Source: a virus (taxonomy: Duplodnaviria; Heunggongvirae; Uroviricota; Caudoviricetes). From it: a stretch of 20,558 nt of DNA. The stretch's first letter is position 1. Each line of letters opens with the position of its first letter. Positions 1-8,069 of this stretch are shown here, in pieces. Below the pieces are notes generated by a model that was not told where the DNA came from, made no database searches, and saw only the letters and a program-made list of their open reading frames with translations. The translations under genes and the position numbers were made by a program. The stretch is from IMG/VR virus record IMGVR_UViG_2541047726_000008; one strand, written 5' to 3'.

Positions 1-1131
1 TCAAATGACCAGTTTTTTCCATTCCTTACCGCGTGCGTCGTTGTAAATATCGGTCATTTTTTGATTCGAATGGCCTAGCAAAATTTTGGTATCAACCCCC
101 TGCTCTCTGAACAATCGCTCTGATAAAGATCTCTGCTCATGGAAAGAGGGAGGGGTGCCATTAGCACGCCAGTTGTAATCCACAGAATCCCGGGCTTTTT
201 TAAATGCAACGGTTAATGTTGCTGGCTTAACCATCCCGCCGCGCTTAGCTGTCCCTTTCGCGTGATGGTGGTGCAATAGCCACGGACTAAGAACGCAATC
301 GCGGCAGGATGACACCACATCATCCAGGGTGAGATTTAATTTATCGCAACGCAGAGCCAGAGGGATGGCAATCCGGGTTCCTGTTTTTTGCTGTTCGACA
401 TGAAGATAACCATCCCGGATATCCGAAAATTGCATTTTGCAAATATCTGAAAGGCGCTGGCCTGTCATCAGTGCCAGCAGCATACCGCGCTGTAAAAAGT
501 AACCATCCTTTTCCGCTGCGTTATAAATCATCATCCACTCATCAAAAGTCAGTCGCTGTCTTGATATCCGCACCTGCGGTTTTTTTGCCGATTCTGCAGG
601 GTTAAAGCCTGGCGGGACATCGCCCGTTTGCTGAGCTTCCCGGAAAACATCGATCAGTACTTTCCTGAAAATTTGTCCCATTCTGTTATGTCCTCTGGCC
701 TTGTACTCTTCCAGTACTGATACCACATCTTTTACGGTTATTGCATCTAACGGTCTGGTGCCAAAACGTTCATCAAATACCCTGAGAGGGGCCGCTTTCT
801 GTTTCAGCGTGTTGAGTTTGATCTCGCCGTTTTCATATCTTTCCTGTTGAATTTTTCTGTAATTATTCAGAAAAATGGTAACGGTTGATGAACCGCCGGT
901 ATCACTAATAATTTTCTCCTGCAGACTGAGCATTTGTTCCATTTGCTGCCGGGCAAGACGGCTGTTCGCTTCTGCTGCAATAGTTTCTGCCAGTTTCTGG
1001 TCAATACTGCCGAGACCGTGATTTTTGCCTGTTATGGGATGCCTGTAACGCCAGTAAACTTTGTTATTTCTTTTGTCAAAATACGGAGATAATCCCGGAA
1101 CATCGGTTTTATATTTTCGCGGGCGCGCCAT
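1..1131 (-). CDS. int: Phage integrase (tyrosine recombinase)
   Basis: 376-aa ORF, ATG at 1131..1129 with GAGGA about 9 nt upstream; stop at 3..1 on the window edge. C-terminal region (…LLGHSNQKMTDIYNDAR) has the His/Tyr pattern of tyrosine recombinases. Overlaps the start of the excisionase gene. Confidence 0.9.
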   Translation of the reverse strand: MARPRKYKTDVPGLSPYFDKRNNKVYWRYRHPITGKNHGLGSIDQKLAETIAAEANSRLARQQMEQMLSLQEKIISDTGGSSTVTIFLNNYRKIQQERYENGEIKLNTLKQKAAPLRVFDERFGTRPLDAITVKDVVSVLEEYKARGHNRMGQIFRKVLIDVFREAQQTGDVPPGFNPAESAKKPQVRISRQRLTFDEWMMIYNAAEKDGYFLQRGMLLALMTGQRLSDICKMQFSDIRDGYLHVEQQKTGTRIAIPLALRCDKLNLTLDDVVSSCRDCVLSPWLLHHHHAKGTAKRGGMVKPATLTVAFKKARDSVDYNWRANGTPPSFHEQRSLSERLFREQGVDTKILLGHSNQKMTDIYNDARGKEWKKLVI

Positions 1132-1357
1132 CTTCCAGTATCCTCTTCAAAGCAGGGTGATCTGTGGCGATCACCTCCGGCTTGTTTACCATTCCGACAA
1201 AGCGAGCTTGCGGATCCACTCGCCAGCGTCTTCCAACTTTTTTGGGGAGAGGAAATATCATTCCGGCTTTAGCGTATTTACTTAACGTACTCGGAGTAGG
1301 GACCGGTTCACTGAATTCCTCTTTTGCCCACTCAGTGAGCAGAATAAGTCTTGCCAT
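1109..1357 (-). CDS. xis: Excisionase (lambda Xis-like)
   Basis: 82-aa ORF, ATG at 1357. Sequence …LTEWAK…GMIFPLPKKVGRRWRV resembles lambda Xis (LTLQEWNARQ…RRWVRECRIFPPPVKDGREY, from memory). 23-nt overlap with int start, the classic xis-int arrangement. Confidence 0.75.
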   Translation of the reverse strand: MARLILLTEWAKEEFSEPVPTPSTLSKYAKAGMIFPLPKKVGRRWRVDPQARFVGMVNKPEVIATDHPALKRILEDGAPAKI

Positions 1358-1421
1358 GAGCGTCGTTCGCTAATCATGGTCGCCGCCACTATAGCTGGTG
1401 GGCAACGACCGGGGTTGAACA

Positions 1422-3896
1422 TTAAAAATCAGCCTGATTCGGGATCAGTTTTTGCCAGATAGTTGAAACGTATTTTGCCTGGTAACGGGCATCATCCAGC
1501 GCATTGTGGCGCTCACCTTCGAATGGAATAGCCGCCCTGGCATCGAAGTCCATGGCTTTTCCCAGCTCAACGATTGTGCGTACATCGCGATCGTTGTAGT
1601 AACGCCACGGGCAGGGGATCCCCTGCCGTTCGTATGAACGGCGCAAAATCGTGTTGTCGAAGTTGGCTCCATTTCCCCAGACCTGAACAAAAAATTCGCC
1701 GGAGTTTTCGTCGATAAATTCCCGCAATTGCAGCAGTGCATCATCTAACGGGATTTCATCGGTCAGAATGGCAGATTGCGCCTCCCGTGATTGCTTAAGC
1801 CACCATTTAATGGTGCCACGATCAATGACTCCGCCAGCAGTATCCATATCGATGGTCTTACTAAATTCCGGCCCCATATCTCCGGTTTGCGGATCGAAAA
1901 ATATTGCACCTATTGAGATAAGCGGGGCATCGGGATTTTTTCCCATGGTTTCAAGGTCGATCATCATGTGGTGCCACATTCTGCTGGTGGATGTGATTTC
2001 TTGATGACCGTTCACCTTAATTGAGTGATCTGCCGTCTCGCCAGTTTCATTATCGCTATCGTGATGCTGATTGCCGCCAGTGTTCTCCTTGTGTGGATGT
2101 TCAGCGCCTTCCATTTCCTCCGGATCATCTTCCTGAACTTCAGGCTGATACTCTTCATCGAATGTTTCCTGGTATGTTGCGTCGCCCATTACCGCGCCAC
2201 AATCAGGGCAGTTGCCGCCGCCGGTCTGACCGCAGGCGGTGCAGACTTTTTCCACTTCCTGTTGCGCCACTGATTCAGGCTGTTTCGTTTCTGGCTCGTT
2301 TTGTAACGCATTTGGGCTGTTTTGTTCCGCTTTCTGGTCGTTCTGTTCCGTTTCTTGCTGGTTCTGGTTCACAGAATCGCGGGTCTGGTTCCCCTTAACC
2401 CATTTCGGATCATTCGGGTCGCTAATCCCTTCAACAAATTCACCACGTGATACTGCAAGCAGTTCATCGGCGTCAGGCTGGCTGATATTGGCTGCCTGCA
2501 TAATTTTGTTTACTTCGTCAGCGGTAACTTTTACTGGCTCTGGTTGTGCGGTCGTGTCAGATGCACCAGTATTTTGTTGTGAACCTGAGTATGTACCGTT
2601 TTTACGTGCGAAGTATTCCTCTTTTGTGATTTCCGTAGCTCCCAGGGCCAGTGCTTTTTCCAGACCAGAAAGTTTGTTTGCGCGACCGTATTTTTCGCCG
2701 TCCTTATCGGTGAAAAGGAAGTAGAACGGTCCCTCACGCTCTACAGATGGTTCGTCTTCCACTTCGCATTCGGTTTTTTCGTTGTCCGGCATTGCCGTTT
2801 CCACTGCATCAGTTTCTGGTACTGGTGACGGGAGAGTACCAGCTGTGCCCTGATTTGTTCCTTCGTCATCTTCAAACACGCCCTTGGTAGTCAGGTATTC
2901 AGTGATGTATTTGTTCAGTGCTACGGGATCTTTGTGAATGTCGATCGGACGCTCACGGACAAGGCCAAAAATAGTCTGACGGTCGTAGCGAACGGCATCG
3001 GGTTGTTTGCGCATTGATGCGGAAATGCGCTTCCAGTCTTCGCGATCTTTGTCGATAACTTCATTTTTTGCCCAGCGATGGATGCTGCCGTCAATGTTTC
3101 CGGTATCAATATCGCCAGGCCAGAGAGCGTAGGCCAGTTCTTCATCCAGCGTTTTCCATGTCTGCTTGTATTCGCGACAAATGGCGGCAGTGACTGGGTT
3201 GATTTTTCCTGCTGAGTTTTCAGTGTTCTGTTGATTGACTCTGGCGCGGGCGAGATCAACAACAGACGTGTATTTTCCGGTTTCCTTGCGTTCACCTTCG
3301 CGACGTTTTTTCCAGATGCGCATCTCTGCCTGAATTTCGGGCCATTTGGCACCAGGCTTACATTTATGCTTAACCCACCCGATGGCATGCAGCTTAAGCT
3401 CCGGATACATGGCGTTAACTTCTGGCATTTTCATCAACGCTTCAACGATATGTCCGTCGAATGTTGCCATGTCTTCCTGCAACAATTCCTGTGCGCTAAT
3501 AACCATATCAACGGTGATGTTTTCACATGTGTCGAACTTAACCATGACAGCGTTCTGTACTTCAGGGACCAGCTTGTCAAAAGTGACGTTCATCGGATCT
3601 GATTCAGTCTCAACCGGGACAAAGGAAGCAGACTCCTCATCCCAGCGGTTTTCCTGCATATATTCAGCATCCCAGGAATCGAGGGCAGGGCGGGGTATGC
3701 CGGGTTTATCCTCACAGACAATAAATTTATAAGCGCAGTCCTGAGCTGCAGGGAATTGCTCCAGAAATTGCCAATGAAATTTTGCGCGTGCGCGACGCTC
3801 ATCACCAGCTTCAATGGCAGTGGCCACCGCAACAGCGCTATCTTCTTTTATGGCCTGTTCATCAGGAATAGCAGCGCAAATAAAGACTTTACTCAT
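1422..3896 (-). CDS. Large prophage exonuclease: unknown N-terminal region, acidic linker with CxxC…CxxC zinc ribbon, C-terminal DnaQ-like 3'-5' exonuclease domain
   Basis: 824-aa ORF, ATG at 3896 with GAGGT 8 nt upstream. C-terminal about 180 aa carries DEDDh-type exonuclease motifs (MIDLETMG…, …HNALDDARYQAKY). Middle is Q/E/N/D-rich low complexity containing CTACGQTGGGNCPDCG. Confidence 0.85.
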   Translation of the reverse strand: MSKVFICAAIPDEQAIKEDSAVAVATAIEAGDERRARAKFHWQFLEQFPAAQDCAYKFIVCEDKPGIPRPALDSWDAEYMQENRWDEESASFVPVETESDPMNVTFDKLVPEVQNAVMVKFDTCENITVDMVISAQELLQEDMATFDGHIVEALMKMPEVNAMYPELKLHAIGWVKHKCKPGAKWPEIQAEMRIWKKRREGERKETGKYTSVVDLARARVNQQNTENSAGKINPVTAAICREYKQTWKTLDEELAYALWPGDIDTGNIDGSIHRWAKNEVIDKDREDWKRISASMRKQPDAVRYDRQTIFGLVRERPIDIHKDPVALNKYITEYLTTKGVFEDDEGTNQGTAGTLPSPVPETDAVETAMPDNEKTECEVEDEPSVEREGPFYFLFTDKDGEKYGRANKLSGLEKALALGATEITKEEYFARKNGTYSGSQQNTGASDTTAQPEPVKVTADEVNKIMQAANISQPDADELLAVSRGEFVEGISDPNDPKWVKGNQTRDSVNQNQQETEQNDQKAEQNSPNALQNEPETKQPESVAQQEVEKVCTACGQTGGGNCPDCGAVMGDATYQETFDEEYQPEVQEDDPEEMEGAEHPHKENTGGNQHHDSDNETGETADHSIKVNGHQEITSTSRMWHHMMIDLETMGKNPDAPLISIGAIFFDPQTGDMGPEFSKTIDMDTAGGVIDRGTIKWWLKQSREAQSAILTDEIPLDDALLQLREFIDENSGEFFVQVWGNGANFDNTILRRSYERQGIPCPWRYYNDRDVRTIVELGKAMDFDARAAIPFEGERHNALDDARYQAKYVSTIWQKLIPNQADF

Positions 3897-3975
3897 TTTG
3901 TTTTACCTCATTACAGATTTAAGGGTGAACAAATCCCTGCCATTGCTGGCATATAAAAATGAAACTGGATATTAA

Positions 3976-4179
3976 TTACGGCGCTGTTTTTAATCCTGCC
4001 GGGATTTCGTTATTGTCCATGTGAATAACTTTATCGACCGGATAACAGTTGCCGGGAATTTTCTGTTCCGCTGCGGCAGCCATGCATTCTTTCATTGAGT
4101 TGTACATGCCGGTGATTGCATCAAGCGACTCACCAGTATTGAGATGTACAGTCAGAATGAGTACGAATAATGTGTTCAT
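3976..4179 (-). CDS. Small hypothetical protein with hydrophobic N-terminus
   Basis: Track ORF starts at GTG 4185; the ATG at 4179 with GGAGAG about 6 nt upstream is the more likely start (67 aa, MNTLFVLILTVHLNTGES…). Its start overlaps the stop of the upstream gene. Confidence 0.5.
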   Translation of the reverse strand: MNTLFVLILTVHLNTGESLDAITGMYNSMKECMAAAAEQKIPGNCYPVDKVIHMDNNEIPAGLKTAP

Positions 4180-4364
4180 CGCCACTCTCCGAAAATACCG
4201 AGTTTAAGAAGGGCAATTCTGGAGAGTATGGAATTGTCATTCAGCAGGTAGGGTTCATATTTTCTCATATTGATTGCATCCTCGGTGAAATCCCTGTTAC
4301 TGAGCAGAACACCAATATTAAAGCACCCGTCAGACGTATTAACGTTTGGTAGTGACGTTTCCAT
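4176..4364 (-). CDS. Hypothetical protein (62 aa)
   Basis: ATG at 4364 with GAGGA about 7 nt upstream; stop overlaps the next start (translational coupling). No recognisable motif. Confidence 0.45.
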   Translation of the reverse strand: METSLPNVNTSDGCFNIGVLLSNRDFTEDAINMRKYEPYLLNDNSILSRIALLKLGIFGEWR

Positions 4365-4374
4365 TATCGCGTCC

Positions 4375-4932
4375 TCAACAATGAATTTTTAGCAATTGCT
4401 CCACAGTCATATTTTTAATTGCGCTCCGGTTTACAAGAGTCCATCCTTGTTTCTCCAGATAAAACCGGAAGGTATCCAGGGTGCAGACCATTGCGCCGTC
4501 AGGAACGGTTTCAGTGAATTTGATATTGCCGTGTTCGTCGAGACGGATAACCAGGGTGCGTCCGTCCCCGTGAATCATTTTGTCGGGAGACGGGGCGTTA
4601 TTCTGGCGCAGTTCTTCCTCCATGCGATCGAACTCAGCGATGTAGGCTTCTTTGAAAGTTGCGGCTTTTTTACCTGTGAACCCCATCACCAGGAAAACGA
4701 AGCCGTTTTTGGTGATTTGGTACATTGGGAGTTTGCGCCCGGTTGAGTCGGTGTATTCGCTCGACACAAAATTGTGCTCAGTGAATTTTGCTGAACAGTC
4801 CAGATTGCGAATTTTATCCAACACTCGTTCGTGGCGTTTGCCAAAGAACTCGGCGATCGCAACAGACGTAGTGACAGCGCGACCATTTTCGATGGTTACG
4901 TCAGGGTGAGAAAGGGTAAGGATAGTAGCCAT
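4375..4932 (-). CDS. Rha-family phage regulatory protein (antirepressor-like)
   Basis: Track gives a 284-aa ORF from 5229, but residues 1-99 are low complexity. Internal ATG at 4932 is preceded by GGAGG and opens with MATILTLSHPDVTIENGRAVTTSVAIAEFFGKRHERVLDKIRNL, as Rha-domain proteins do (from memory). Re-called as 185 aa. Confidence 0.65.
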   Translation of the reverse strand: MATILTLSHPDVTIENGRAVTTSVAIAEFFGKRHERVLDKIRNLDCSAKFTEHNFVSSEYTDSTGRKLPMYQITKNGFVFLVMGFTGKKAATFKEAYIAEFDRMEEELRQNNAPSPDKMIHGDGRTLVIRLDEHGNIKFTETVPDGAMVCTLDTFRFYLEKQGWTLVNRSAIKNMTVEQLLKIHC

Positions 4933-5101
4933 GATGGCAGCCTCCGCGATGAATTTGATTAACTCACCACCGAGGTTTTCCACGACCATAAGGGTGGTGA
5001 GACGTACAGGGGTGGAAATACCGGTCATCACGGAACCCGGCCAGCCTTGCGGCTGCCCTGCACGCCCCACCATAATGCGAATGTGGCTGTGCTTAACGCA
5101 T

Positions 5102-5124
5102 AAAAAAACCGCCTGAGCGCGGTT
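5102..5124 (-). terminator. Possible weak intrinsic terminator (minus strand)
   Basis: On the minus strand reads AACCGC-GCTCAG-GCGGTT followed by 7 T. Stem is short (4 GC + 2 AT pairs). Lies upstream of the re-called Rha start, supporting the shorter gene model. Confidence 0.3.
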
Positions 5125-5804
5125 ATGCGCCGTGAATGATTTCGGGTTTCCACGCCCGGCACCCGTTTTATGAGGTGCAGGTGCACTATAATTCCACCCG
5201 TTCTGGTTTTCAATAGCTACATTCAACATTTTCTCTTACCTTTCATCACCGAAGTGAACTTTGTTGATGCGGTGCCTGGTGCCTCCAGGTGACGTTAACC
5301 AGTTAACAATTAACGCCGGATACAGAGAATCCACCCATAACACTGTTTTTGGTTTTAACTGTTCCGCGTGCGCTCAGCCGCATTCACCGCATCACAAAAT
5401 TCACTTTAAAAAGGGCGGCAGAGCAGTCACGGAGTAAAACTGATACCGCCAAAAGTCACCAGAAAATTGATAACAGAGGGCGTTGCAGCGGGGTTGTCAC
5501 TTAAGCGTATGGTCAACCTGACAACCCGGTGTCCTCAACGGGGGAAGGAATAACCCCGCCATACTTACCGCCGCGCCATTTCGCGGATTGCCACAACCGG
5601 AAGCGCACGGTCGACGAAAATTTAACGACAGGCTATCTATGAACCAGCTACCTCGCCGTGCGCTTTCGCGTTATGGTCTGACTTTTCAGGGAAATATCCT
5701 TTCAGTAAACTGTCAGTGCCGGATTCTTATCCGTGTCCGGCGCACGACCACACGCTGTCACGAGAGGTCTCCATTCTCAACCAGTAACCTCAATGGAGGA
5801 TAAA

Positions 5805-5999
5805 ATGTCAGAGCAGGAGTTAAAACTTGGTGCATGTTATTGTGTTCTCAAGGAGCTGGTACACATGCTTCCATCTACTCAGTATCAACAGTTAGTTGGC
5901 AATTTAAATCAGCGAATCGAAGCTATGTTAAAATCTGATGGTTTTAATAACGTAGAAACGCTGATGCTAAAAAGATATCTTGATGGATTAATCAGATAA
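5805..5999 (+). CDS. Hypothetical protein (64 aa)
   Basis: Track ORF 5733..5999; internal ATG at 5805 has GGAGGA 4 nt upstream (MSEQELKLGACYCVLKELVHM…). Convergent with, and overlapping by 8 nt, the minus-strand gene ending at 5992. Confidence 0.4.
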   Translation: MSEQELKLGACYCVLKELVHMLPSTQYQQLVGNLNQRIEAMLKSDGFNNVETLMLKRYLDGLIR

Positions 6000-6327
6000 C
6001 ATTTTTTTTACGGCGTTCATATTCGTTAATATTTATGAAGCCTGTTGCCAGAAGCAGTTCGTTAATTTCATGGTTGTTTGGCTGTTTCTGGCTCTTTGAA
6101 CTGGGATCTTCCACTTCTTTTTCTGCAAATTGTTTTGCTGTATCCTCTGTGCCATGGATATTTAAAGCTGTATCTGAAAACAGCCCAGTAAACGCATCGC
6201 GCACATTACGAGCCATATTATCAGTGTCTTTTTTTGTTACCGATTCCAATTCAAGTTCGTTCAGACGATGACGAAGTGTGTGTGCTGCAATCTCCTGGAT
6301 TGAAGGAGGTAAATCTTTAAATTCCAT
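5992..6327 (-). CDS. Hypothetical early-left protein (111 aa)
   Basis: Track ORF starts at 6339; ATG at 6327 (MEFKDLPPSIQEI…) is preceded by GAGG within the 6339 codon context. Charged protein, no motif recognised. Confidence 0.5.
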   Translation of the reverse strand: MEFKDLPPSIQEIAAHTLRHRLNELELESVTKKDTDNMARNVRDAFTGLFSDTALNIHGTEDTAKQFAEKEVEDPSSKSQKQPNNHEINELLLATGFININEYERRKKNVI

Positions 6328-6338
6328 CGTCAACCTCA

Positions 6339-6491
6339 TCAGTCAGTGTTTCTTGCTAACCAGCGATGCGCGCCAGCTGCGGTTTTAAACGTTTTGCTTT
6401 TGGTATACGTCATCGCGGTGAATGTGCCGTCCTGGTTGGGAAACACGCCGTACACCAGAGATTCGTTGTTGCCAAGCTCGATAGTATCCAT
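6339..6491 (-). CDS. Small hypothetical protein (50 aa), first gene after the pL-like promoter
   Basis: Not in the ORF track (<60 aa). Hand translation of the reverse complement gives MDTIELGNNESLVYGVFPNQDGTFTAMTYTKSKTFKTAAGAHRWLARNTD with GAGG 5-6 nt upstream of the ATG at 6491; its stop falls on the 6339 ATG of the next ORF. Confidence 0.4.
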   Translation of the reverse strand: MDTIELGNNESLVYGVFPNQDGTFTAMTYTKSKTFKTAAGAHRWLARNTD

Positions 6492-6562
6492 GCTGACCTC
6501 ATTTCCCCTTAACGCCGGGTGGCGGAACTAAAACCTACAGCGCCGTGCTGTTCTTGATAGAA

Positions 6563-6591
6563 ATATTAGTAACGCGGATATTTTAAGTCAA
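6563..6591 (-). promoter_or_regulatory. pL-like sigma70 promoter (leftward early)
   Basis: Minus strand reads TTGACT (6591..6586), 17-nt spacer, TAATAT (6568..6563). The -10 overlaps an AAATATTAG operator-like motif. Confidence 0.5.
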
Positions 6592-6688
6592 CAGTATGGC
6601 GTATGATATTTTTGATTTGGTAACTATGTAAATGTTTTTTCAAGGGAAAAATATTAGTTATACAGCTGATTTGCAGAAGTTATGGCAC

Positions 6689-6718
6689 AAAAAAACCGAC
6701 TAAGACGTCGGTTTTTTT
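6689..6718 (-). terminator. Bidirectional intrinsic terminator downstream of the repressor gene
   Basis: Stem AACCGAC / GTCGGTT (6694-6700 / 6707-6713) with 6-nt loop, flanked by a 7-A run on one side and a 7-T run on the other. Confidence 0.6.
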
Positions 6719-6744
6719 GTTGTGGATGGGGTAGTGAGCGGTGG

Positions 6745-7206
6745 CTACTGGTTACGTTTCTTTAGTGCCAGCATGTTCTCGAAGGCTTCCTCGTAGAGCT
6801 TGTTTAGTCCACGTAGCTGGTTAAGGAGTTTGGCTTTTTCTGACGCAGGTAGAATCTCGAAGAGGTTAAGTAACTCTGCCTGTTCTTCATTGACCAGCCT
6901 CCATCCTTTGCCTGAAAAGTTATCATCATAAGTATCTGATGATCTTACATAATTCATTAAGTCTTTAAGGTCTTCTCGAATGTCCTCTGGTTTTACCTTT
7001 AACAGAGCCGCAAATTTTAGCGCAGCGTCGGTATTTACCGGTATCTTGCCGTTCAGATACTGGCTAACGGTGCCTTGAGATTCGAATCCCAACAACTCAG
7101 CCGCCAGCTCTTGAGTCAGCTTCAGCTCTTTTTTTCTTGCATTCCATGCGGCTTTTAAATTCTTGCTCGCTTCTGGAGTTGCAATCACTTCGCGTGTTTT
7201 TTTCAT
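6745..7206 (-). CDS. CI-like prophage repressor (XRE-family HTH, no S24 peptidase domain)
   Basis: 153 aa. HTH at residues about 30-50 (LTQELAAELLGFESQGTVSQYLNG). C-terminal about 70 aa has no Ser/Lys autocleavage motif pattern. Divergent from the cro-like gene. No SD before the ATG; predicted promoter places the TSS at or next to the ATG. Confidence 0.8.
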   Translation of the reverse strand: MKKTREVIATPEASKNLKAAWNARKKELKLTQELAAELLGFESQGTVSQYLNGKIPVNTDAALKFAALLKVKPEDIREDLKDLMNYVRSSDTYDDNFSGKGWRLVNEEQAELLNLFEILPASEKAKLLNQLRGLNKLYEEAFENMLALKKRNQ

Positions 7207-7212
7207 ACATAG

Positions 7213-7240
7213 AGTTTATTTGTTTTACCAATATTATCAA
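7213..7240 (-). promoter_or_regulatory. pRM-like promoter for the repressor (leaderless transcript predicted)
   Basis: Minus strand: TTGATA (7240..7235), 16-nt spacer, TAAACT (7218..7213), then 6 nt to the ATG at 7206. Overlaps the palindrome TATCAAAGATA and an AATATT operator-like core. Confidence 0.45.
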
Positions 7241-7254
7241 AGATAGTCTGGCTA

Positions 7255-7283
7255 TTGATCTTTAAAATTAGCGGGGCTAATAT
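7255..7283 (+). promoter_or_regulatory. pR-like promoter for cro-like gene
   Basis: TTGATC (7255-7260), 17-nt spacer, TAATAT (7278-7283). The -10 overlaps an operator-like motif (AAATATTAG on the minus strand, 7277-7285). Confidence 0.55.
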
Positions 7284-7313
7284 TTGCTCGAGGCATAACG
7301 TAGAAGGTTGGCT

Positions 7314-7589
7314 ATGAACTTAAGAGACTATTTAAAAGAGAAACATATTACCCAGCTACAGTTTGGGAAGCTAACGGGTTTATCTCAGGTGCATGTAAGT
7401 CGAGTGCTGGGGGGCTATGAAAGATTCAGCCCTGAAAAAGCATTACGTGTTGCTGAAGTAACGAATTTCGAGGTTACACCTCATGAACTCCGGCCTGATA
7501 TTTACCCGAATCCAACCGACGGCTTACCTGTTGGATTCAAGGCTAACACACCAAATGCATCGGAGTTGATTCATGAAAATCAGGCATGA
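7314..7589 (+). CDS. Cro-like (YdaS-like) HTH DNA-binding protein
   Basis: Track start is TTG at 7308; ATG at 7314 has GAAGG upstream. 91 aa, N-terminal HTH (ITQLQFGKLTGLSQVHVSRVL). Position divergent from the repressor. Confidence 0.7.
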   Translation: MNLRDYLKEKHITQLQFGKLTGLSQVHVSRVLGGYERFSPEKALRVAEVTNFEVTPHELRPDIYPNPTDGLPVGFKANTPNASELIHENQA

Positions 7590-7998
7590 GCACATCCGCA
7601 TGGCGATGAATGCCTGGGCGCATCCGGACGGTGAAAAAGTTCCGGCAGCTGAAATAACCCGGGCTTATTTTGAGCTTGGTATGACGTTCCCGGAATTATA
7701 TGACGACAGCCATCCGGAAGCCCTGGCTCGCAATACCCAGAAAATTTTCCGCTGGGTGGAGAAAGACACTCCTGATGCGGTTAAAAAAATTCAGGCGTTG
7801 TTACCAGCGATCGAAAAAGCAATGCCGCCTCTGCTGGTGGCCCGAATGCGCAGCCACAGTTCAGCTTATTTTCGGGAGCTGGTGGAGACGCGGGAACGAC
7901 TGGTGAGAGACGCTGATGATTTTGTCGCAGTGGCGATCGCTGGTTTCAACCAGATGAATCGCGGTGGCCCTGCAGGAAATATTGTGGCTGTGCATTGA
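7573..7998 (+). CDS. CII/YdaT-like regulatory protein
   Basis: 141 aa, ATG at 7573 with GGAG 7 nt upstream, 17-nt overlap with the cro-like gene. Starts MKIRHEHI…, similar from memory to Rac YdaT / CII-family proteins that follow Cro-like genes. Confidence 0.55.
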   Translation: MKIRHEHIRMAMNAWAHPDGEKVPAAEITRAYFELGMTFPELYDDSHPEALARNTQKIFRWVEKDTPDAVKKIQALLPAIEKAMPPLLVARMRSHSSAYFRELVETRERLVRDADDFVAVAIAGFNQMNRGGPAGNIVAVH

Positions 7999-8069
7999 CT
8001 CGCAATATTCATACCGGATCACTTCCGGCAATTTGTGAGTAAAAAGATTCGGTATCAGAAGAGGTGAGT

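Noticed and set aside
1445-3832. Multiple 60-160-aa ORFs in other frames inside the exonuclease gene (e.g. 1445..1744, 2021..2398, 2239..2724, 2921..3388, 3346..3732)
   Set aside because: All are nested within the 824-aa frame that carries the exonuclease motifs; compositions are typical of off-frame translation.
4933-5229. N-terminal 99-codon extension of the Rha-family ORF (track ORF 4375..5229)
   Set aside because: Low-complexity sequence (PAPHKTGAGRGNPK…), no SD at 5229, whereas the internal ATG at 4932 has GGAGG and begins the recognisable Rha-like sequence; a possible terminator also lies inside the extension.
5588-5803. 71-aa plus-strand ORF (internal ATG at 5640)
   Set aside because: Very basic, low complexity, no SD; kept as non-coding within the putative regulatory region.
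7700-7906. 68-aa plus-strand ORF
   Set aside because: Nested out of frame in the CII/YdaT-like gene; Arg/Trp-rich off-frame composition.
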